Assembly: GCA_965214935.1 (NCBI GenBank)
Contig: CBDCCS010000022.1
Coordinates: 704,001-768,000, forward strand
DNA: 64,000 bases
Reading direction: 5' to 3'
Source: Candidatus Velthaea sp.
Lineage (GTDB): Bacteria; Vulcanimicrobiota; Vulcanimicrobiia; Vulcanimicrobiales; Vulcanimicrobiaceae
Below the pieces are notes generated by a model. It was given only the letters and a program-made list of their open reading frames with translations, ran no database searches and was not told the DNA's origin. Made by a program: the position numbers and the translations under genes. Numbering within the stretch: position 1 is the stretch's first letter; every line of letters begins with the position of its first letter. Of this stretch, positions 48,921 to 59,498 are shown in pieces.

Positions 48921-50440
48921 TCTTCGCCACGCTCGTACGTGCCGAAATCGGAGCGCGCCTGCGGACGCCCGCCTTTCTTGCAGCCGCCGGAATCATGCTC
49001 GTCCTGGCCACGCTGCTGTTGCCGCTGCCGGGCGCACCATACACGACAATTACCTATGCAAATCGTCCGGGATTGCTCCTGGGCGGCTTTGCCGGCACGG
49101 CTTGCGGCACCGTGCTCACGATGCTCTTCGGCTTGCCCGCGCTCTTTGTTACCGGTGACTCGCTGGCACGCGACCGGCGCAACGGCTTCGGGCGGCTACT
49201 CGCAACGCTTCCGCTGTCAAACGTCGGCATCGTCCTAAGCCGGGCCGCTGCGGCGTTCGCTGCATCGGTCGGTGTCGCTGCCGCCGTCGGCATCCTGCTC
49301 GCGCTCGAAGGCAGTCTGCGCAGCGGAACGGCGTTTGACGCAGCGCAATTTTTCACTCACTATTTTCCGATCGTTGTCCCGGGTCTCGCCGTTTTTGCAG
49401 CGTTGGCAACGATCTTTGATGCGCTGTTGCCCGCACGCACCGGCTTGCGCGTCGCTGTTTGCCTCAGCGGCTGGATGGCGGTGCTGCTGCTGTCCGCGGT
49501 GCCGGCGATCGGCGCCTTCGATCCCGATGGCATTCGTCCGCTGCGCGACGAAGCGACGCGTGCATTCGCCGGCCTGAGCGGCGGGTGGTCGATCGGCTTT
49601 GTCAGCGTCGATCCGGCGGCGCAGCCGTTGCAGTGGTCCGGAGTTACGATCGATACGAGTTTTCTTGCGGCCCGCTTGACCTTACTTGCCGTTGCGGCGA
49701 TCGCCGTCGCCGTCGCCGCCGCCGGTTTCGACCGCTTTGCGGCGTCCGCGCAGCGAGCCGGTAACAACCTCACCGCGCTCGGCGGCCGGATGTCGCTGCC
49801 GCGGCCGCCGGCGTTGATGCACTCTCTTCGCTACGGTCTCGGCGCGCGCATGATTGCCGACTTGCGCTATTGCGCCGGAGCGCAGCGGCGCCTGGCGTTT
49901 GTCGCTGCAGCGATCGCGGTGCTCGCCGCCGTCGTTTCGCCTGCATCGCTGCCGGCGGCGAAGATTACGATCGTGTTCGATGCCCTGTTCATCGCGCGGT
50001 TGTTCGGTATCGGCGATTTTGGCGAAGCGCGCGACCGGCTGCTACGAACGCTGCCCGGCTGTGCCGCGAACTGGACCCTCTGGAAGGCGCTCGACGTGTT
50101 CGCGACAACGACGCTACTCGCGCTCCCGGTTCTTGCCGTCGACCTTGCCCGTGAAGGTGCCGTCTCAGCCGCCGGTCTGGTTCTCACCGTCGGCTTTGTT
50201 GCGGCGCTGTGCGCGTTTTGTGCCCGACTATCGGGCGGTGCCGTGCTCGGAACGGTCACGACGTTCGGTTGGTGGTACTTGTGCATTCTCAACGCACCGC
50301 CGCCGGCGCTCGATCTCGCGGCGATCCGTGCACACCCGTCGATCGGGACGCTTGCCGCCGTAGCGCTAACGATCGCAATCCTCGCCGGGAGCGAGCGGTT
50401 TATGCGCTTGAACCAAACTCGAAACCCAACGAGATCTTAG
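48917..50440 (+). CDS. ABC-2 type permease (about 12 TM helices)
   Basis: RDRRNGFGRLLATLPLS motif; many TM helices; coupled to the ATPase. Confidence 0.8.
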   Translation: MIFATLVRAEIGARLRTPAFLAAAGIMLVLATLLLPLPGAPYTTITYANRPGLLLGGFAGTACGTVLTMLFGLPALFVTGDSLARDRRNGFGRLLATLPLSNVGIVLSRAAAAFAASVGVAAAVGILLALEGSLRSGTAFDAAQFFTHYFPIVVPGLAVFAALATIFDALLPARTGLRVAVCLSGWMAVLLLSAVPAIGAFDPDGIRPLRDEATRAFAGLSGGWSIGFVSVDPAAQPLQWSGVTIDTSFLAARLTLLAVAAIAVAVAAAGFDRFAASAQRAGNNLTALGGRMSLPRPPALMHSLRYGLGARMIADLRYCAGAQRRLAFVAAAIAVLAAVVSPASLPAAKITIVFDALFIARLFGIGDFGEARDRLLRTLPGCAANWTLWKALDVFATTTLLALPVLAVDLAREGAVSAAGLVLTVGFVAALCAFCARLSGGAVLGTVTTFGWWYLCILNAPPPALDLAAIRAHPSIGTLAAVALTIAILAGSERFMRLNQTRNPTRS

Positions 50441-50470
50441 CGCAGGCCGCGCCGCTTCGCGAGGCTCGAG

Positions 50471-51106
50471 CTAGTTACTACCTGCCGCCGCGTTCACGAC
50501 CGGCGTTGCGACGAGGTGTTCGGCGATGTACCACACGTGTGTTTCATTCGTCCGGAGCACTTGACTGACGAGCAGATCGTTTGTGCCTTCGTCGTCGCCG
50601 TCTTCGGTGGCTTTGATACCCTCGCGTACGCGCGCAATCGTCAGCTCGTGTGCGTCGAGCAGCCGCTGCAGCATCGCCGGAACGCTTTCAGCACCGTCGG
50701 GCGGCCGGGGAATATCGGTCAATTCGGCCACGTGACGCGGATCGCCGACCGCGATACCGCCGAGTTTCTGAATTCGCTCGGCCAAATCATCGGCAAGTTT
50801 GAGCTGTTCGGCTGCGTGTTTGTCGAGCAACAGATGAAGCTGATAGAACGTCGGCCCGCGCATGAGCCAGTGATGCTTTTTATACAGCGCGTAGAGGATC
50901 TGCGTATCGGCGAGAACGCCGTTCATCTGTTCGCAGCTTTTCGCGCGCTCGTCTTCTTCGAGCTTGATCGGGCGGTCGACTACGTCGCCGAAATGTTGTA
51001 GTTCGACGCCCATGCCGTCTTGCGCCGCTGCCGCTTGGCCGGCCGCAACCGACTTCCCGTTTGGCGTATGGTCGGCGCCTTCGCGGCGCGCCTTTGTCGT
51101 TGCCAT
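50471..51106 (-). CDS. dps: DNA starvation/stationary phase protection protein
   Basis: KKHHWLMRGPTFYQLHLLLD, DDLAERI. Confidence 0.92.
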   Translation of the reverse strand: MATTKARREGADHTPNGKSVAAGQAAAAQDGMGVELQHFGDVVDRPIKLEEDERAKSCEQMNGVLADTQILYALYKKHHWLMRGPTFYQLHLLLDKHAAEQLKLADDLAERIQKLGGIAVGDPRHVAELTDIPRPPDGAESVPAMLQRLLDAHELTIARVREGIKATEDGDDEGTNDLLVSQVLRTNETHVWYIAEHLVATPVVNAAAGSN

Positions 51107-51299
51107 TAGCACTCCTTATATGACCTTTGCGTAACGCGTTTCTCCGGACATTGACGTTACCGTTCGCGGGTTGGTTCCGGGCGCGATGCCGGTGCGCCGC
51201 TTCTTCTCGCGTTTACGACATAATGAATCCGCCGTCGGACATCGATTGTTTGACCGGTGATCTACGCTGCATCGGTCGAGGCTAAAGAAGCGACGAGAC

Positions 51300-51691
51300 C
51301 GGCGATGTCGTCGGCCGTTCCGGCGCGCCGCAACGGGATGCCGCGCACCCATTGCGCCATCAGCTCGCCCGGTGCATATTCTCAGAGCAACTTGCCCCAG
51401 GCTGCATCGTTGTAGGCTCACAGATCGGTGCCGATATTAGTAAGACAGATCGCATTGACGGTGATGCCTCACCGCGCCGGCTCTTTCGCCAAGCTTTGCG
51501 TGAGGCCCACGACGCCGAATTGCCTGGCTGCATCGTGCGCGTGTAGATGAAGCCTTGCCGCGCTTGTCCCACGCCGTAATGATGAGCCGGCCGCTTCTAC
51601 GCGGTAGCAGAGGCCTTGTTGCGGCCTGGCAGCATAGGAAGACGCCCTTGGTAGTAACGGCCGTGACGGCGTCCCATTTATGTTCCGTCAA
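51300..51691 (-). pseudogene. Degraded short-chain dehydrogenase
   Basis: WDAVTAVTTKGVFLCCQ and GQARQGFIYT are split across frames; the N-terminal Rossmann motif is absent. Confidence 0.7.
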
Positions 51692-51745
51692 GTCGGCCAG
51701 CGGCTTGATGGTAACGATCGGTGCGCCGTTCTAGAATTGAGACAA

Positions 51746-52717
51746 TCAGGCCGGCAGCGGCTCCGTATCGTCGACGAGTTTCGCGGCGGTAAACCGGTCG
51801 GTAATGAGCACATCGATAAAGGCCCCGCGCAGCGCGCCGCGCAGCGCCGCAACTTTGCGTGCGCCGCCCGCCACCGCGACGACGCGCCGGACGTCACGCA
51901 ATTGGTCGAGCGTTATTCCGATAACGCGCTCTTCGAGCGACGAGTGAATCGCGTGACCGTTCGCATTGAAGAAGTGCAGACAGATGTCGCCGACCGCGCC
52001 TAATTTCGCGAGTTCCGTTAACTCTGCGGCGGTGAACACGTTACCGCTATCGGCTAAGAGTTTGGACGGCCCGACCGCGCCGACGCCGACGAGCGCCATC
52101 GTGGTACGCGCGAACTCATTCATCGTGTCGCGAACGAATGGATCGCTCAGCAGCACGTTCTTCGCTTTCGCCGACGTTGCCACGCCTTGCGTCGAAAGCA
52201 ACAACGGAGTTGCATGCGTCAGTTTCGCCAAGCGCACCGTGAGATTCGTCGCGTGCGCCTGCACGCTGGGATTTCCCATTCCGCCCAATATCTGCACGAC
52301 TTTATCGGCCGCGGGCGGCTTCAACGGATGGATGTTATCGACCATCCGCAGCAGCGATTCGCTCCAAGACGAGATACCGATGATTTCATCGCGCTCGAGC
52401 GTCGTCTCGACGTAATGCGCGGCGGCCTCGCCGATCCGCGCGAGAATCTGCTCTTCACGGTCCTCGCCGCAGTCGGCAACGACGACTTCGGACAGATTGA
52501 AGGTGCGCCGTAAGCGGTCTTCGAGTTCAGGATACGTGCCGCCCGGCACATTGACGGTGATCCGAACGATATCCTCATCGCGCGCTTTGCGAATGAGCCG
52601 CGAAACCGTCGTCTGCGAGATGTGAAGCTGGTCGGCAATGTCGGTCTGTTTCATTGCGTCGATATAATACATCCGCGCGATGCGGGCGCTCAGTCGAAGC
52701 TCGTGAATGCGTGCCAT
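51746..52717 (-). CDS. SorC/DeoR-family sugar-binding transcriptional regulator
   Basis: RIARMYY...QTDIADQLHISQTTVSRL, GAVGDIC, VAGGARK. Confidence 0.92.
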   Translation of the reverse strand: MARIHELRLSARIARMYYIDAMKQTDIADQLHISQTTVSRLIRKARDEDIVRITVNVPGGTYPELEDRLRRTFNLSEVVVADCGEDREEQILARIGEAAAHYVETTLERDEIIGISSWSESLLRMVDNIHPLKPPAADKVVQILGGMGNPSVQAHATNLTVRLAKLTHATPLLLSTQGVATSAKAKNVLLSDPFVRDTMNEFARTTMALVGVGAVGPSKLLADSGNVFTAAELTELAKLGAVGDICLHFFNANGHAIHSSLEERVIGITLDQLRDVRRVVAVAGGARKVAALRGALRGAFIDVLITDRFTAAKLVDDTEPLPA

Positions 52718-52750
52718 ACCGTCGCTCCGGCATTCGTTAAGCGCCGCCGC

Positions 52751-53521
52751 TTACCAGCAAACGAAACCGCCGTCGACGAGCAGATCGATGCCGGTGCAAA
52801 ACGACGAGGCGTCGCTCAGCAGAAAGATCGCCGGCCCGACGAGCTCGTCGACGCTCGCCATCCGCCCCATCGGCGTATCCGCCTCGAATTGTTTGCGCGC
52901 GTCGGCGACTTCGGGCCGCGTGTTCATCGGCGTCGCGGTATAGCCGGGACTTATCGCGTTCACGCGAACGCCGCGAGCACACCATTCCATGGCGAGGCTC
53001 TTACTAAGCTGTATGACGCCGGCTTTGGATGCGTTGTAATGACCTTGCAACAGACCGCGGTTGACGATCGATCCGGACATCGATGCAATGTTGACGATTG
53101 CACCGTTTTTCCGCGGCAGCATGACGCGCGCTTCGGCCTGACAAGAGAGAAAAATACCGGTTAGATTTATATCGATTACTTTTTGCCACTGCTCTTGCGA
53201 CATGTCCTCGGCCGGCGCAGCGTTGGCAATACCCGCGCAGTTGACTGCAATTCCGAGCGGACCGAGCCGGCTTTCAACGGCTTCGACGGCGGCGGCAAGA
53301 TCGGCACTTTGCGTGACGTCGCCGCCGAGTGACAGCGCATGCCTGCCGGCGGCTTCAATGCGCGACACCGTTTCAGCAATGCCCGGGCTGCTCGCAAGAT
53401 CGAAGCAGCCGACATCGGCGCCGGCTTCGGCTAGACCGACCGCGAGGCGCTGGCCGATCCCGCTGCCGGCGCCGGTTACCAGCGCGATCCGATGCTCCAA
53501 ATCGAAGAGCTTGAGCGTCAT
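52751..53521 (-). CDS. SDR oxidoreductase (sugar/polyol dehydrogenase-like)
   Basis: TGAGSGIG, YNASK, NAISPG. Confidence 0.92.
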   Translation of the reverse strand: MTLKLFDLEHRIALVTGAGSGIGQRLAVGLAEAGADVGCFDLASSPGIAETVSRIEAAGRHALSLGGDVTQSADLAAAVEAVESRLGPLGIAVNCAGIANAAPAEDMSQEQWQKVIDINLTGIFLSCQAEARVMLPRKNGAIVNIASMSGSIVNRGLLQGHYNASKAGVIQLSKSLAMEWCARGVRVNAISPGYTATPMNTRPEVADARKQFEADTPMGRMASVDELVGPAIFLLSDASSFCTGIDLLVDGGFVCW

Positions 53522-55068
53522 GCCGTTGCAAGCTCCATCACCGCAACGTTGGTGGCGGCGCCGGCAGCAAGAATCCCCATCTGCCGGCCCCGGCTGAGCA
53601 CCATGACCCGATGCGACAACCCGAGCACCTCTTCGAGATCCGAACTCACGACGATCACCGCCATTCCCGCTTGTGACAAACCGGCGATCACTTCGTAGAT
53701 CGCCGCTCGCGCACCGATATCGATACCGCGCGTCGGCTCATCGAGAATAAAAACTTTGGGCGAACGCGAAACCCACCGCGCGATCACGACTTTCTGCTGA
53801 TTGCCGCCGGACAAATAGCGCATCAATTGCGGCGCCGAACCTTTGACGCCAAGCCGCGCAATGGCCGCCGTCACGAAGGCGCGGATGCGTTTGGGTACGA
53901 CCCAGCCGCTCGGTGCGACACGATCGAAATTACCGAGCACGATATTTGCAGCAACGCTTTGATCGAGTAAAATGCCCTGCGCTTTGCGATCCTCGGGCAC
54001 CAGCACCAATCCGGCGGCGATCGCGTCGCTCGGACCGGTTACTTTAATTGCTGCGCCGTTCACCCGAATCGTACCGGCGCTCAAGGCGTCTGCACCCGCG
54101 ATCGCGCGTACCAACTCCGTTCGCCCGGCGCCCACGATGCCGGCGATGCCGAATACTTCACCCGCTCGCACAGCGAACGAGATCTCCCGGAAAGCACCGG
54201 TGGCCGATGCAAGTCCGTCGACTTCGAGAACGACCTCGTCACTGCTGCGCTGCAGATGGGGAAAGATGCGGTCGACACTCCGGCCGACCATTGCTTCGAC
54301 GATAATATTGACCGGCATTTGCGCGGTCGCGTGCTGCGCCACTAATTTGCCGTCGCGTAAGACCAGAACGCGATCTGCAATGCGGGCGATCTCATCGAGA
54401 CGATGGCTGATGTAAATAAACGAGACGCCCTCGCGGCGCAATTGATCGACCTGGGCGAAGAGCCGTTCGGTCTCGTCACCGCCCAGTGCGGCGGTTGGTT
54501 CATCGAGAATGAGCAGTCGTGCGTTGAGCGTCAGCGCCTTGGCAATCTCGACTTGCTGTTGCGCCGCGACGCGTAAGGACCGCACGAGTTGCGTCGGCGG
54601 CACATTGAGTCCAAGCCGCTTCAATTGTTCGGCGGCGCGCCGATTCATAGCGGCGCGATCGACGCGGCCGCCGCGCATCGGCAGCCGGCCGACGAACACG
54701 TTTTCGGCTATTGACAGGTCCGGCAGTAGCCGCATCTCTTGATGGATCAATCCGATTCCGGCCGCGATTGCGCCACCCGGCGCGGCCGGCGCATAGGGCC
54801 GGCCGCGCCACGTCATCGTACCTTCCGTCGGTGCGAACAGTCCGGCGATCATCGATGAAACCGTCGATTTGCCGGCGCCGTTTTCGCCGAGCAGCGCTAC
54901 GACCTCACCCGGCGCGACATCAAAGCTGATGTTGTCGACGACGCGAATCGGTCCGAACAGCTTGCCGATGCCGCGCAGCGAGAGTCCCATGGCCGGGGCC
55001 TCTGCGCTCGCGGTCGCGGCATCCATCGATGAAGACACGCGCGCTCCCTCGTTAGGGATGTTTGGCAA
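53518..55068 (-). CDS. Sugar ABC transporter ATP-binding protein (RbsA-like)
   Basis: GENGAGKS, two NBDs, LSGGNQQK. Confidence 0.94.
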   Translation of the reverse strand: MPNIPNEGARVSSSMDAATASAEAPAMGLSLRGIGKLFGPIRVVDNISFDVAPGEVVALLGENGAGKSTVSSMIAGLFAPTEGTMTWRGRPYAPAAPGGAIAAGIGLIHQEMRLLPDLSIAENVFVGRLPMRGGRVDRAAMNRRAAEQLKRLGLNVPPTQLVRSLRVAAQQQVEIAKALTLNARLLILDEPTAALGGDETERLFAQVDQLRREGVSFIYISHRLDEIARIADRVLVLRDGKLVAQHATAQMPVNIIVEAMVGRSVDRIFPHLQRSSDEVVLEVDGLASATGAFREISFAVRAGEVFGIAGIVGAGRTELVRAIAGADALSAGTIRVNGAAIKVTGPSDAIAAGLVLVPEDRKAQGILLDQSVAANIVLGNFDRVAPSGWVVPKRIRAFVTAAIARLGVKGSAPQLMRYLSGGNQQKVVIARWVSRSPKVFILDEPTRGIDIGARAAIYEVIAGLSQAGMAVIVVSSDLEEVLGLSHRVMVLSRGRQMGILAAGAATNVAVMELATA

Positions 55069-55990
55069 TGTATTGGTCGACGTTGTCTTTGGTCGTAAGC
55101 ATCGCTTTTTGCAATTGCTCTTTGGGCACCATTTGGTGATTCATGAGTTTCATCGCCGAATCGAGCGCAAGCCGGCCCATGAACTGCGTTTGCTGCGTCA
55201 TCGTCGCGTCGACCGATCCGGCCTTGACGGCCTTGAGTCCGGCCACATCACCGTCAAAGCCGACGATGAGCACCTTGTGATCTAAGTTGGCAACCTTGAC
55301 GGCTTGCGCGGCACCGAGCGCCATTGCATCGGCATGACCGAAAAAAACATTGATCGTGCTGTCGCGCTGCAGCATATCTTGGGCAACGGCGAAACCCTTG
55401 TCTTGGGCCCAATCGGCGGTTTGCGTCGCGACGATTTTGAGCCCGGGATTTTTGTCGAGCGCTTGTTGGAAGCCCTTGGTGCGATCGATCTCGGGCGTGG
55501 TACCGAGTTGACCTTGCAACGCGCCGATTTTGGCTTTGCCCGCCGTTGTCTTTGCAACGTAATCGCCGAGCGTGCGGGCTGCCGCAACGCTATCGCTGGC
55601 GATGAAGGTGTCGCCCGGTGCGTCCGGCGCATTGCGATCGACGGCGATCACCGGTATATGCGCCGCACGTGCAGCACGAACCGGCACGCCTGCAGCCGTC
55701 GCGCCGGCCGGAATGTAAATGAGCGCCGTAATACCGCGCGTAATGAGATCCTGAATTTGACTCACCTGCGTCGCGGCATCGCCCTTGGCATCGACGGTGA
55801 CGACGTCAACGCCCTTGGCCTGACCTTCGGCTTCGACAGACTGCTTGATTTCATTGAAGAAGTCGGCTTGTAAATTAGCGACCGCGAGACCGACGACGGG
55901 TTTTTTGGTCTGCGCCCAAGCACTCGACGTTGTACCGGAAAGCATCGTCAAGGCAAGTAGCGTTGCGGCAGCACTCTGAACTCTATGCAT
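55052..55990 (-). CDS. Sugar ABC transporter substrate-binding protein
   Basis: Signal peptide, NLQADFF, IAVDR, VGFDG. Confidence 0.92.
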   Translation of the reverse strand: MHRVQSAAATLLALTMLSGTTSSAWAQTKKPVVGLAVANLQADFFNEIKQSVEAEGQAKGVDVVTVDAKGDAATQVSQIQDLITRGITALIYIPAGATAAGVPVRAARAAHIPVIAVDRNAPDAPGDTFIASDSVAAARTLGDYVAKTTAGKAKIGALQGQLGTTPEIDRTKGFQQALDKNPGLKIVATQTADWAQDKGFAVAQDMLQRDSTINVFFGHADAMALGAAQAVKVANLDHKVLIVGFDGDVAGLKAVKAGSVDATMTQQTQFMGRLALDSAMKLMNHQMVPKEQLQKAMLTTKDNVDQYIAKHP

Positions 55991-56025
55991 GGAATCTCCT
56001 TGTAGTAGCGATGGTGATGCGTTGG

Positions 56026-57039
56026 TTACCGTTCGCGCCGGCGTAAGCTGTCGAATGCGACAGCGATCGCGATGACGAGGCCGACGATAATTTGTTGAAT
56101 GAATGGCGAGACGCCGACAAGATTGAGGCCGTTGTGCAGCACGCCGATAATCAGAACGCCGACGACCGTACCGCCGATTCCGCCGATCCCGCCGCTCAGA
56201 CTCGCGCCGCCGATTACGACCGCGGCGATTGCGTCGAGTTCGTAGCCGAGCCCGGCGCTCGGTTGCGATGAGTCGAGGCGCGCGGCAAACACAACGCCGG
56301 CGATGCCCGATAGTGCACCGGCGACGACGTACACCGCCGTCGTTAGGCTGTTGACGCGGATGCCGGCCAGTCGCGCGACTTCGCGGCTACCGCCGATTGC
56401 ATATAGATTGCGGCCGACGGCGCGATACTGCAAAATAACCCAGCTAATGAGTCCGATTATAATAAATAGCGCGACCGTTACGGACAAAAAGCCGAGATGG
56501 CGCTGCGTCGAGAGCGCCGTGAACCAGTCCGGATAACCGACGATCTGTTCGCCGTTGGTGATGATATTGGCCAAACCGCGCGCAATCGTCATGGTCGCGA
56601 GCGTCGCAATGAACGGCGGTAATTTTGCACGAGTGACGAGCAGCCCGTTCGCTAAACCGCATAAACCGCCGACGATCACGGCGATGCCCATCGAGAGCGG
56701 GAAGGGCAGGCCTTTGTCATTGGCAAGCCAGCCCATGACCATCATCGATAGCGCAAGCGTCGATCCGACCGAAAGATCGATACCGCCGATGATGATGACC
56801 GCGGTCATGCCCACGGCCATTATCCCGAGCACGGTCACCTGATCGATGACGTTAAGCCCGTTACGCAGTGATAAGAAGTACGGACTGAGCGAGGTAAAGA
56901 CGACGCACAGCAGCACGAGGCCGATGAGCGGACCCTGCGTGCCGCTGAGAACGCGCAGCCAGGCGGCACCAGGCCGAGCGGAGGAACCTTCTACCGCCGG
57001 GGCCGTGCTTGTTGCCATCGTTGCCTGCTCCTCTATCAT
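56026..57039 (-). CDS. Sugar ABC transporter permease (RbsC-like)
   Basis: GGIDLSVGS, YELDAIAAVVIGGASLSGG. Confidence 0.93.
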   Translation of the reverse strand: MIEEQATMATSTAPAVEGSSARPGAAWLRVLSGTQGPLIGLVLLCVVFTSLSPYFLSLRNGLNVIDQVTVLGIMAVGMTAVIIIGGIDLSVGSTLALSMMVMGWLANDKGLPFPLSMGIAVIVGGLCGLANGLLVTRAKLPPFIATLATMTIARGLANIITNGEQIVGYPDWFTALSTQRHLGFLSVTVALFIIIGLISWVILQYRAVGRNLYAIGGSREVARLAGIRVNSLTTAVYVVAGALSGIAGVVFAARLDSSQPSAGLGYELDAIAAVVIGGASLSGGIGGIGGTVVGVLIIGVLHNGLNLVGVSPFIQQIIVGLVIAIAVAFDSLRRRER

Positions 57040-57051
57040 CGGTATGAAACG

Positions 57052-58554
57052 TTAAGCGAACGCGGAAGCAACGGATGCGGCCGCTTGAGGCGGACGGAAA
57101 CGCGCCCGTGAGATCGCTGCTTGCCAACCGGCACGCAACTGCCGTCGCGAATGCTCGTCGGCGGTCGGCTCAAAAACATCGCGGCGGCGCGGTAACGCGC
57201 GCAGGTCGGCCCACGACCAGACACCGGCGGCGTAGCCGGCGAGATGCGCGGCGCCCAGCGCCGATAACTCCGTCGCCTCTGCGCGATAGACGGGATGACC
57301 CGCGATGTCGGCTTGCAATTGCATGAGCATGTCGTTGCGCGCCGGGCCGCCGTCGGCAAATAAGCGTCGCGTTGCACTTACTTCGGCATCGAAAGCGTCG
57401 GCGACATCGGCAACTTGATGCACGACCGATTCAACGGCGGCTCGCGCGAGTTCCGCGCGACCGCTTTTCTGCGTCAAGCCGGTCAAGAGTCCGCCGGCCT
57501 CGCGATCCCAGTACGGCGCACCGAGGCCGCTGAACGCCGGCACGAGCGCAACGCCGTCGCTGTCGGCAGTTGCCGCAAGATCGACGAGTTCGCCCGGTGT
57601 GATTGCCAATATGTCGGCCAGCCAGCGCAACGCGGCACCGGTCGCGCGGATGTTGCCCTCGGCTGCGTGAAAGATCGCATCCGTCTGCCACGCAACGGTC
57701 AAGCACAATCCAGGACCCACGGGCTTGGGCGCCTCCAGCAAGCCCATCACTGACGAGCCGGTACCATAGGTAACTTTGAGCGAGCCCGCCTCGAATGCGC
57801 CGTGCGCGAAGAGTGCGGCATGCGAATCGGCCATGACGCCGCACAAACGCGCGCTCTTCGGTAAACACGGCAACGCGGTAAGCTGCGGAAAGGGACCGAT
57901 CGACGGTATAATTTCGGGCAGTGTCGCGCGCGGAATCGCAAATAGCGCGAGCAATCCGTCATCCCACTGCAGGCGCGCCGTATCGAGCAGTTGCGTCCGC
58001 GAAGCATTACCGGCTTCGATGAGATGCGCGCCGGTGAGCCGAAACATCAGCCACGAGTCGACCGTGCCGAAGCAGAGGCGTCCCGCGCGTGCGTCATCAC
58101 GCTGCGGATCGACGAGGTCGAGCAGCCACGACATCTTTGCAGCCGAAAACATCGGATCGAGCGGCAAGCCGGTCACGGTTCGAACGCGTGTTTCAACGTC
58201 GGCACTGCGCAGCGCATCGCAAAGCGCTGCCGTACGCTGGTCTTGCCAGCTCACGAGCGGAGCGACCGGCTCACCCGACGCGCGTTCCCAGACGACGACG
58301 GACTCGCGCTGCGAACTTAAACCGACGGCAGCGATGCGCCCGGCATCGACCTGCGCGACGCACGCATCTACCGCGGCAACGACGCTGCGCCAAAGTTCGC
58401 TTGCCGATTGTTCGACCCAGCCCGCGCGCGGATGTGACTCGCCCAGCGGCACCGCGGCGCGCGCGACGATTGCACCGCCGGCATCGACGAGCAGACACTT
58501 CGTCGCACTCGTACCTTGATCGATGGCAAGCACGAGCGAACGTCCGGCGTTCAA
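57052..58554 (-). CDS. FGGY carbohydrate kinase (apulose-kinase-like)
   Basis: IDQGTSATK, ASRTQL, KVTYGTGS, GLGAPYW. Confidence 0.9.
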   Translation of the reverse strand: MNAGRSLVLAIDQGTSATKCLLVDAGGAIVARAAVPLGESHPRAGWVEQSASELWRSVVAAVDACVAQVDAGRIAAVGLSSQRESVVVWERASGEPVAPLVSWQDQRTAALCDALRSADVETRVRTVTGLPLDPMFSAAKMSWLLDLVDPQRDDARAGRLCFGTVDSWLMFRLTGAHLIEAGNASRTQLLDTARLQWDDGLLALFAIPRATLPEIIPSIGPFPQLTALPCLPKSARLCGVMADSHAALFAHGAFEAGSLKVTYGTGSSVMGLLEAPKPVGPGLCLTVAWQTDAIFHAAEGNIRATGAALRWLADILAITPGELVDLAATADSDGVALVPAFSGLGAPYWDREAGGLLTGLTQKSGRAELARAAVESVVHQVADVADAFDAEVSATRRLFADGGPARNDMLMQLQADIAGHPVYRAEATELSALGAAHLAGYAAGVWSWADLRALPRRRDVFEPTADEHSRRQLRAGWQAAISRARFRPPQAAASVASAFA

Positions 58555-59498
58555 GCAAAAAGCTCGCGCGCCGCGCGCGCGATTCCGGCTGGATCGAGTC
58601 CAAAATACTCGTAGAGAAACTCCGCGCTGCCGGTCGGTGCGAAGCCCGACACGCCGAGCATTCGCATCGGAACCGGCCGAACGCGTACGACGATCTCGGC
58701 GACGGCGGCGCCTAATCCGCCCGTCGTGCGGGCTTCTTCAATCGTGACGATGCGCCGCGTTTCGGTCGCCGCCGTAACGATCGCCGCCTCATCGAGCGGA
58801 ACGATCGACGACACGTTGATCACCCGCGCAGATATTTTCCGGGCGGCTAACAGCTCGGCGGCGGCCAGCGCGCGCGAAACCATAACGCCGGTCGCGATAA
58901 GCGTAACGTCGGTTCCGTCGCGCAACACATCGGCGCGCCCGATCTCGAACGGACGATCGGGCGGCGTAACCGCCGGCACTTTCACCCGGCCCACCCGGAT
59001 ATATGCCGGAGCGCTTGCCGACGCGGCCCAGCGCAACGCTTCGCGCGTTTGCTGCGGATCCGCCGGCACGACGACGAAGAGATCGGCGATCGCCCGCAGC
59101 CATGAGAGATCTTCGATCGAGTGATGCGTCGGCCCGAGCTCGCCGTACGCCATTCCCGGACTCATGCCGCACAGTACGACGTGATAGCCGTTATACGCGA
59201 TGTCGACTTTGATTTGTTCGAGCGCGCGGCCGGTGAGAAATGGTCCGGCCGCGCAGACAAACGGAATGTAGCCGCCGTTGGCAAGACCGGCGGCGACGCC
59301 GACCATGTTTTGCTCGGCAATCCCGACGTTGATCGTTCGGCGTGGAAATTCAGCGGCGAACGCCGTTAAATTGCTCGATCCGACCGAGTCGTTGCAGACC
59401 GCGACGATTCGCGCATCGGCGCGTGCTAATGCGGCGAGTTCCGTTGCGAAGGCTTGACGGCAGTCGAACGTTTCAACCGACTCCAGCGTCGTCTTCAC
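58551..59498 (-). CDS. Split transketolase, C-terminal subunit
   Basis: NVGIAEQNMVG, GPTHHSIED; GTG start overlaps the upstream stop. Confidence 0.92.
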   Translation of the reverse strand: MKTTLESVETFDCRQAFATELAALARADARIVAVCNDSVGSSNLTAFAAEFPRRTINVGIAEQNMVGVAAGLANGGYIPFVCAAGPFLTGRALEQIKVDIAYNGYHVVLCGMSPGMAYGELGPTHHSIEDLSWLRAIADLFVVVPADPQQTREALRWAASASAPAYIRVGRVKVPAVTPPDRPFEIGRADVLRDGTDVTLIATGVMVSRALAAAELLAARKISARVINVSSIVPLDEAAIVTAATETRRIVTIEEARTTGGLGAAVAEIVVRVRPVPMRMLGVSGFAPTGSAEFLYEYFGLDPAGIARAARELFA

